This document shows, piece by piece, positions 57,609 to 64,000 of a stretch of DNA of 64,000 bases. How positions within the stretch are numbered: the stretch's first letter is position 1; the number at the start of each line of letters is the position of its first letter. The notes beneath the pieces were generated by a model that made no database searches, was not told where the DNA came from, and was given only the letters and a program-made list of their open reading frames with translations. The position numbers and the translations under genes were made by a program. Location of the stretch: the NCBI GenBank assembly GCA_031414595.1, contig JANNVX010000041.1, positions 96,001 through 160,000 on the forward strand. The letters run 5' to 3'. Source of the stretch: Deinococcales bacterium. GTDB lineage: Bacteria; Deinococcota; Deinococci; Deinococcales; JAAFIG01.

Positions 57609-60569
57609 GGTGATAATTTCAAAACCACGCATCTCGAGGGTTACAGCGCCATTAACAATCTCGAGTTCTTGTAATTCTTGTTCCAAGAAATTGATAACTG
57701 AAACCTGTTGTGCCTTAAAACTACCGACCTTCAAGATTTGTCTGCTGTGTTGCCCGTTTAATTCATAGAAACGCAGAATTAGGGCTTGGTCAGTGTGACT
57801 CTTGTACATCGCACTGCACATTAAACCATCAGTGCGTGCCAGCACTTCTAAGGTGCTAAGTATTGGGCTATTCATGGATAACCCGCGTTGTGCCGCCGTC
57901 TCGAGCGGCAGGTACGGGGTCAGTACGGGGTCGCCGAGGTAATCCAGCAAATACGTAAATTCGTGTTCGCCCATATCGGCACTTGGGTCTGGATAGATTG
58001 TGCCACGCAGTAAAGACATGGTGATTAAATTGTCCCGCACGGCAAAACCGTATTTGCAGTCATTCAGCAGCACCATACTTTTTAAGCCTTCTTGCAACAG
58101 CACAAAGCGCTGGCTAGGAACTTCAAAAGCCGCCATCTCGAGGGCGGTATTGGCTCGAGTTGGGTGTTGCACCACCCCAAAAGCAGTTTCAAAAAAAGCC
58201 GTTTGCCCATGCACTGCCATCGGAAATTCAGCGCGTAGCATGATTCGTTTTTCTTGCCAAAAAACCTTATTTTTGACTTCAACCCCTGTGTGCAATAGCC
58301 TAAATTCTTGTTCAAAGCTCGAGTCTCGCCAATGATGGATGACGCGAACACCCGTTTCGGACGGTATAAATTCTACACGGCTTTCGATGGTTTGGCTACT
58401 CGGTGGGTTGACATCCCAAGCCTCCCATTCCCTTGGCACATCACGCTGGTAGGTCAGGGTACAAGGTGCGGCAATGTATTCGATGTTGCGGTAGGTTTCA
58501 TGAATAGACTCTAGCCACCCCGAGGCGTTAATCGTGGCGGTGGTCGTCGAGTCTTGCAACTTGTACCCACCATTCTCGAGTGGAACAACTTCTATTTCTA
58601 TTCGTTCGGCTTCGGCAGAATCCTCAATCACATGCTCGAGTAAAGCTCGCAAAGCACCTTTTTTTGGTGCAGAGTCTCGCAACGACGTGGTTTCTTGTAA
58701 GGCTGTTTCCAAGGCAGTATGGGCATCCTTGTAGACTTCCCTGATACTCGAGCCGGGCAGAATGTCATGGAATTGATGCAGCAATAAAGTTTTCCACAAA
58801 CCTTCAAGTTGCGCCTGTGGATAAGTTTCACCTTCGAGCCAAGCCAGTGACCACAGCACTTCTGTCTCGAGCAGCCGATGCTCTAACATGCGGTGCAGTT
58901 TCTTGATTTTGGCTTGGGTGGTTAGCGTTCCACGGTGCAACTCGAGGTACATTTCACCTTTCCAGATTGGTAAATCGGTTGGTAGTGAAGAATAAAAATC
59001 ATCCACTCTGGTCATTTCGAGTTTTGGCATGGCAGGGTACTGTTGCAGTCGGGCATAACTCTCTAAGTGTTCGCGGCTTGGTCCTCCGCCACCATCGCCG
59101 TACCCAAAAGACAGTAAACTTTGAGGCGCGGTATTATGCTTTAACCAAGCTGGACTGCTTTTGCCCTTAAAGTTACGCCATGTTTCAAAAATACTTTTGG
59201 GGTCTAAAAGCGCGTTGTAACTGTCAAACTTATTCCAAAAACAATGTGCCAAGACTTTAGAACCATCTAAGCCCTGCCAAATAAATAAATCATGGGGAAA
59301 TTCGGTTGTTTCATTCCAACGTAACTTAGTGGTAAAAAATGAATTCATCCCGCCTAAACGCAGTATTTGCGGCAATTGTGGATTAAAACCAAAGGTGTCT
59401 GGCAACCATGCCACGGTGTTGATACGCCCGAATTTTTCTAAGAAATACTGTTGACCAAAAATAATTTGTCGCACCCAAGATTCACCATTTAGCATCTGAC
59501 CATCGGGTTCGACCCACATCCCGCCAATCGTTTCCCAGCGTCCTTCGAGAACCCGAGTTTTGACTTGCTCGAAAAGTACAGGGTCGTCCTGCTCGAGCCA
59601 CGCATAGGCTTGGGCGCTGGACTGATTAAACCTAAAATCTGGATAGCGATTCATTAAATCCAGCACTGTGGCAAAAGTGCGTTTTATTTTTCGCCGTGTT
59701 TCAGAAATCGTCCAAAGCCACGCCAAATCAATATGGGCATGACCACTTAGTGCCAAACTGCCTTGTGGTGGATACAAGACTTTTATTTTATTGACATGCG
59801 CTTGCAATTGTTCTCGAGCCAGATTTATGCCCTCGAGATACTGTGTTTCGAGTGGTTTTAACTCTGGGATTTTCGGCAAACTCCATAAGATACTGCGTTC
59901 AAATGAATTGCCAAGCGTGCCATGCAGCAACCTCGAGAGGTATTCGGTAGCGTTACTTGTCCAAGGTAGCGTTGTTAAAACATCCTCGGCAGCAGCCAAT
60001 AAAAGTGGTACAACCTCGTGCAAATCAAGCGTCAGACAAACCTGATGCAGTGCTTCTAAATCGCCCAAGAATGCTCGAATCTCGAGATGCGGCGCAACCA
60101 AATGCGCCCGCGCCAAACTGGGCGAATCGTTTCTCGAGCCAAATAAACCCTTTGGGACGACATCTACAGTTACTGTCAATGATTCCCCACCTGTAGCTTT
60201 CTCGAGTATTGGAAATGCCTTATGAAACGGATTCAAACCGCCACGAAAAATAATCCCATTCGAGTTTGTAATTTCAACAAAACCCTCGCCACCAAAATCA
60301 AGCTCGAGTTCGACTGGAAAACCTGCCAAAGATGTGGGAATAACCAGATTGGCTTCAAAGCGCACCGCCCCTTGCTGATGGGTGTTGTAGCCGTGTGTGC
60401 CATCCGAGAAGCCCCATGAATCCCCTAGACGCACCGCTCGAGAATTCATATTTGGTTGTGTTAGCACCCATTCGAGAACTGGGAACTCCAACGCCACCCG
60501 CCACGCCGAGAGTTCAAGCATTCGCCGTTCAAGCAAACGCAAACGCTGCGAAATTGTTAATTGCCACAT
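57591..60569 (-). CDS. Alpha-mannosidase, glycoside hydrolase family 38
   Basis: GHAHIDLAWLW, WLPDTFG, GYGDGGGGP, YLELHRG, QFHDILPGSSI. Confidence 0.95.
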   Translation of the reverse strand: MWQLTISQRLRLLERRMLELSAWRVALEFPVLEWVLTQPNMNSRAVRLGDSWGFSDGTHGYNTHQQGAVRFEANLVIPTSLAGFPVELELDFGGEGFVEITNSNGIIFRGGLNPFHKAFPILEKATGGESLTVTVDVVPKGLFGSRNDSPSLARAHLVAPHLEIRAFLGDLEALHQVCLTLDLHEVVPLLLAAAEDVLTTLPWTSNATEYLSRLLHGTLGNSFERSILWSLPKIPELKPLETQYLEGINLAREQLQAHVNKIKVLYPPQGSLALSGHAHIDLAWLWTISETRRKIKRTFATVLDLMNRYPDFRFNQSSAQAYAWLEQDDPVLFEQVKTRVLEGRWETIGGMWVEPDGQMLNGESWVRQIIFGQQYFLEKFGRINTVAWLPDTFGFNPQLPQILRLGGMNSFFTTKLRWNETTEFPHDLFIWQGLDGSKVLAHCFWNKFDSYNALLDPKSIFETWRNFKGKSSPAWLKHNTAPQSLLSFGYGDGGGGPSREHLESYARLQQYPAMPKLEMTRVDDFYSSLPTDLPIWKGEMYLELHRGTLTTQAKIKKLHRMLEHRLLETEVLWSLAWLEGETYPQAQLEGLWKTLLLHQFHDILPGSSIREVYKDAHTALETALQETTSLRDSAPKKGALRALLEHVIEDSAEAERIEIEVVPLENGGYKLQDSTTTATINASGWLESIHETYRNIEYIAAPCTLTYQRDVPREWEAWDVNPPSSQTIESRVEFIPSETGVRVIHHWRDSSFEQEFRLLHTGVEVKNKVFWQEKRIMLRAEFPMAVHGQTAFFETAFGVVQHPTRANTALEMAAFEVPSQRFVLLQEGLKSMVLLNDCKYGFAVRDNLITMSLLRGTIYPDPSADMGEHEFTYLLDYLGDPVLTPYLPLETAAQRGLSMNSPILSTLEVLARTDGLMCSAMYKSHTDQALILRFYELNGQHSRQILKVGSFKAQQVSVINFLEQELQELEIVNGAVTLEMRGFEIITLKLWI

Positions 60570-60690
60570 GGTCTTAGTCTAACAAGTTATGATGCCTCAT
60601 GGCTCGAGAATCAAAAATACACTTAGTATTCAGCACAAAAAGTAACCCCTCACCAACTCCCCCACTCGCGCTTTCCTCCCCAAGGTTTTT

Positions 60691-61566
60691 ATGAGTTGGA
60701 TTGCGTATGCACGGGCTTATCCGACGGTGGCGGGTCATTCGGTTGTGGGTAATGTTCGGGTAAAACGCAATGTTGGTGGTGGAACGGTGGCGGCAAGGGA
60801 TATTGTTGTTTATCTTCCGCCAAGTTATTCTAAAATTAAAACCGCACATTATCCTGTGTTGTACATGCACGATGGGCAGAATTGCTTTGACAATAAAACC
60901 AGTTACTCGGGGGAATGGGCAGCCGATGAAGCCGCTGAACGACTCGCCAAGCGTGGTCTCGAGTGTATTATTGTGGCTGTGCCGAACGCTGGGGTGGCGC
61001 GGATTGATGAGTACGGTCCTTGGTTTGAAGCTAAAATTAAATTACCGGGCATTAACGGCGGGGCGGGTGGTCGGGCAAACGAGTACCTTGATTATCTGGT
61101 GAATGTGGTTAAACCGCTTGTGGATTTGAGTTTTCGCACCCTAACCGAGGCTCGTTTTACAGGTGTAGCGGGCAGCAGTATGGGTGGAATCATGAGTTTG
61201 TATGCACTCTTGGAGGCATCGGATATTTTTGGGTTTGCTGCCTGCTTCTCGAGTGCTTTTTGGGTTGGTAAAGCTGGGTTACTCAAGCACGTGCAGACCC
61301 ATATTGCCCCAAATACGCGGATTTACTTGGATTGTGGTCATCGAGAAGGTGGGCAGTCTAAGGACAGTAAATCATATCTCGAGGACAGTCGTAAAATTGC
61401 TGGAATGTTGGTCTCGCAAGGCTGTTACGATTTGGTTTTTTTGGAGGACGAAACGGGTGTGCATTCAGAATCCGAATGGCGTAAGCGTTTCCCAGCCATG
61501 CTTGAATGGTTTTTGAATCCGCGTCGAAAACCCAAAACCGACATGTGGCTCAAACCCTCAAGTTAA
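60691..61566 (+). CDS. Putative esterase (alpha/beta hydrolase, IroE/Fes-like)
   Basis: VYLPPSY, YPVLYMHDGQN, GSSMGG, HSE..W. Confidence 0.88.
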   Translation: MSWIAYARAYPTVAGHSVVGNVRVKRNVGGGTVAARDIVVYLPPSYSKIKTAHYPVLYMHDGQNCFDNKTSYSGEWAADEAAERLAKRGLECIIVAVPNAGVARIDEYGPWFEAKIKLPGINGGAGGRANEYLDYLVNVVKPLVDLSFRTLTEARFTGVAGSSMGGIMSLYALLEASDIFGFAACFSSAFWVGKAGLLKHVQTHIAPNTRIYLDCGHREGGQSKDSKSYLEDSRKIAGMLVSQGCYDLVFLEDETGVHSESEWRKRFPAMLEWFLNPRRKPKTDMWLKPSS

Positions 61567-61578
61567 AGGAGAAAAATA

Positions 61579-62058
61579 ATGGCGAATGTTGAATCGTTTA
61601 ATCTTGACCACACCAAAGTACAAGCCCCTTATGTGCGTCTGGCAGGTCGGCACATCACCAAGCATGGGGATACAATCACCAAATTTGATTTGCGGCTTGC
61701 CCAACCAAATCAAAGCGCCCTCGAGACTGGGGCAATGCACACCTTAGAGCATTTGCTGGCGGGTGGTTTACGTGACCATTTAAGCGGCGTGATAGACCTT
61801 TCGCCAATGGGTTGCCGCACAGGATTTTATCTTGTCCATGAAGGTGAAATCAGCCCCGAAAAGGTCAAAACGGCGCTCGAGAAAACCTTGGCTGGGGTAG
61901 CAGAAATTGTTCATATTCCGGGCGTGTCTGAACTTGAATGCGGTAATTACCGTGACCATAACCTCGAGTCGGCGCAGTTTTGGGCAAAAACCACGCTGGA
62001 ACATGGTTTTCGGGTGCAAGAAACGATTAAAATCCCAGAAGGAAGCTCGAGCCAGTAA
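61579..62058 (+). CDS. luxS: S-ribosylhomocysteine lyase (AI-2 synthase)
   Basis: ESFNLDHT, HTLEH, SPMGCRTGFY, CGNY..H. Confidence 0.97.
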   Translation: MANVESFNLDHTKVQAPYVRLAGRHITKHGDTITKFDLRLAQPNQSALETGAMHTLEHLLAGGLRDHLSGVIDLSPMGCRTGFYLVHEGEISPEKVKTALEKTLAGVAEIVHIPGVSELECGNYRDHNLESAQFWAKTTLEHGFRVQETIKIPEGSSSQ

Positions 62059-62061
62059 AAC

Positions 62062-62472
62062 TTATTTTTTGCTGATAGCACACCCAAAACCAGCTGTTTT
62101 GCGATCATTTTGATACTGTGCGCCAATGCCTTTATTGGCTAGGGTCTGTTCGGTTAAAGGTACAACACAAGACAGTTGTTCGGTGCTGGAAATTTGAAAA
62201 ACCATCACTAAGTTTTTACGATCACTCGGCACAACCCCAGAACCCGCCAAGGCTGGGGCGGTGGTTTTGAAGGTAGCATAAACCCAGTTGGTCTTGTCTA
62301 AGCGTGGTGTCCCAGTCAAAGAAAAATCAAAAGCGATTTCTTTTGGAGCGTTAAAAACCACCTTCCAAACCTCATCTGATTTGAGTGGGAAGTCAAAATT
62401 GAATTTTGAAACAAAAGCAGGACTACAAGAAGCAAGAAACAACGCCAAAGCAACACAAACAAACCATTTCAT
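62062..62472 (-). CDS. Hypothetical lipoprotein
   Basis: Lipobox LASC after a hydrophobic stretch. Confidence 0.65.
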   Translation of the reverse strand: MKWFVCVALALFLASCSPAFVSKFNFDFPLKSDEVWKVVFNAPKEIAFDFSLTGTPRLDKTNWVYATFKTTAPALAGSGVVPSDRKNLVMVFQISSTEQLSCVVPLTEQTLANKGIGAQYQNDRKTAGFGCAISKK

Positions 62473-62491
62473 TCCCCGAGAATACCTGACT

Positions 62492-64000
62492 TTAGCGCTG
62501 TGTGGGTTGTCCTAACAAACCAGCTTCGGGGTTTTGCATCAGGGTGCGCCAAGTTCCAGTCTCGAGGGAATAGGTTATTGCTCCATCTCGGTCGGTGCGA
62601 AACGCCAAAGGGCGGTATGGTTTTAGGCGTTCCAAAACATCTTTACTTGGGTGTCCGTAAGTGTTGTCTGCGCCGCTCGAGACGACCACGGCTTTGGGTG
62701 TGGTACGACGCAAAAGTGTTTGGCTGGTGCTAAATCGGCTGCCATGATGCGCCAGTTTTAAGACATCTACTGCGCCCGGATTCATCGTCTCTTCGACTTC
62801 GCTGGGCGCATCGCCTAAAAAAAGCAGACGCTTACCTTTGAACTCGAGACTGAATGCCACCGAATTGATATTGTCGTCCTCCAAATTAAAAGGTGGGGCT
62901 GGATGCAAGAATTGAATCGTGGCTGTACCAAGTTTCCACTGCATTCCACGCCCAACCACTCGAATTGGAATGTTACGGCTTTTGGCAGAAGCAATCATTT
63001 CATCCCAAACAGTATCTTCGCCTGTTGGCTTATCATGCCCAATCATCAGGCTCGAGACTGGAAAATGACGCAGTACCGCATTCAGCCCCTCGATGTGGTC
63101 AGCATCACCGTGTGTAGCAATCACGGTCAGGCTTTTGACCCCAAGGCTACGCAATGCCGGCACAACTACCCTTGCGCCCATATCAAAGTCCGATTGGGGT
63201 GTTCCACCACCATCCACAAGAATATCGCCAACGGGCAATCGAATCAGGGTGGCATCGCCTTGTCCAACGTCCAAGTAAATAATTTCGGCTCGAGAACGAT
63301 TGGGTAATGCTGTGACCAACACCGATGCCAGCATAATTGCCAGCATTTGATACGGACGCAACCAACCTTGCAGTGCCGCGTAAATAGCCATCACACTGGC
63401 ATAAAACGCCACATAACCCAGTGTGGAAACACTGCCCCACTCGAGAACAGGTGCATTAGAAAAAAACTTTGCACCCTCGAGCATGAGCCAAGCCAAATGT
63501 TGGATGACCAAGTTCACAATCCAACCTGCCGAGCCAAGCAGCCCCGCGATAAAACTCAGAATGACAAGCGGCAACATTAGCAGTTCTGCAAACAAATTAC
63601 TGATTGGAGAAATGAGGGGAATTGCGCCAAAACTTGAGGCGCTTAATGGCAAAGTCAGTGCTTGAGCAGCAAGGGTCGTGACCAGCACACCAATTACCCA
63701 GAACTTGACTCGAGAAAAAGTCAGGAATTTTAAGCCCCAAAGATGGACGAACCTAGGGTTTAAGTCGTTTTCATCTGGGCTTTTAAGGCGCAAGACCGCA
63801 AGAATTGGCAACACAAAAAAGACCATGCCCAGTACCGCCAAATACGAGAGTAGCCAGCCTAAATCTGCCAGCCAAGCCGGTTGCCAAAGCAGCGTCAGAA
63901 CAGCACTTAAACCAATCGTGGGTAAGACCTCGAGTCTGCCACGCCCTAACCAACCCGTGACCAGCACAGCTAAACCCATGAGAATTGCTCTCGAGACACT
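62492..64000 (-). CDS. comEC: ComEC/Rec2 DNA internalisation protein, 5'-truncated by the window edge
   Basis: Competence TM domain (G..LSY.AV) plus MBL domain (DVGQGDA, TH.DADH, HHGS, N.YGHP, RTD..G). Confidence 0.93.
   Translation of the reverse strand, partial: SVSRAILMGLAVLVTGWLGRGRLEVLPTIGLSAVLTLLWQPAWLADLGWLLSYLAVLGMVFFVLPILAVLRLKSPDENDLNPRFVHLWGLKFLTFSRVKFWVIGVLVTTLAAQALTLPLSASSFGAIPLISPISNLFAELLMLPLVILSFIAGLLGSAGWIVNLVIQHLAWLMLEGAKFFSNAPVLEWGSVSTLGYVAFYASVMAIYAALQGWLRPYQMLAIMLASVLVTALPNRSRAEIIYLDVGQGDATLIRLPVGDILVDGGGTPQSDFDMGARVVVPALRSLGVKSLTVIATHGDADHIEGLNAVLRHFPVSSLMIGHDKPTGEDTVWDEMIASAKSRNIPIRVVGRGMQWKLGTATIQFLHPAPPFNLEDDNINSVAFSLEFKGKRLLFLGDAPSEVEETMNPGAVDVLKLAHHGSRFSTSQTLLRRTTPKAVVVSSGADNTYGHPSKDVLERLKPYRPLAFRTDRDGAITYSLETGTWRTLMQNPEAGLLGQPTQR

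Noticed and set aside
1-64000. tRNA, rRNA, prophage, integrase or transposase genes; numerous 60-190 aa alternative-frame ORFs
   Set aside because: No diagnostic motifs recognised; the short ORFs overlap well-supported genes and lack family signatures

Overview
This is a gene-dense 64 kb chromosomal window from a Deinococcota bacterium, probably Deinococcales. It has a recognisable ddrB with an RDRM-like operator and many apparently leaderless genes, but by eye only mid-to-high 40s %GC. Content is mostly housekeeping and metabolic: purU, argH, transaldolase, xylulokinase with a FrcBCA-like sugar ABC transporter and LacI, ggt, argC, ptb, holB, rnhB, kptA, RNase Z-like, FemX, ffh, pxpA, a pxpBC fusion, accBC, rbsK, a GH38 mannosidase, luxS and partial comEC. 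Accessory modules are a RelE/ParE toxin-antitoxin pair, an XRE-HTH/ImmA-IrrE peptidase gene followed by a PIN gene broken by one in-frame TAG, an ABC-ATPase + DUF4276-like pair, and a kinase-less Hpt protein coupled to a REC-GGDEF cyclase. The most striking non-coding signals are: (i) very strong enrichment of the palindrome CTCGAG with apparent avoidance of GGCC; (ii) a GTAG-type REP family, three copies of which carry a conserved insert with a covarying stem, one of them in frame inside pxpBC; (iii) heptamer and 24-25 bp tandem repeats. No rRNA, tRNA, CRISPR array or transposase was recognised. All family calls come from motif recognition by eye, not from database searches.
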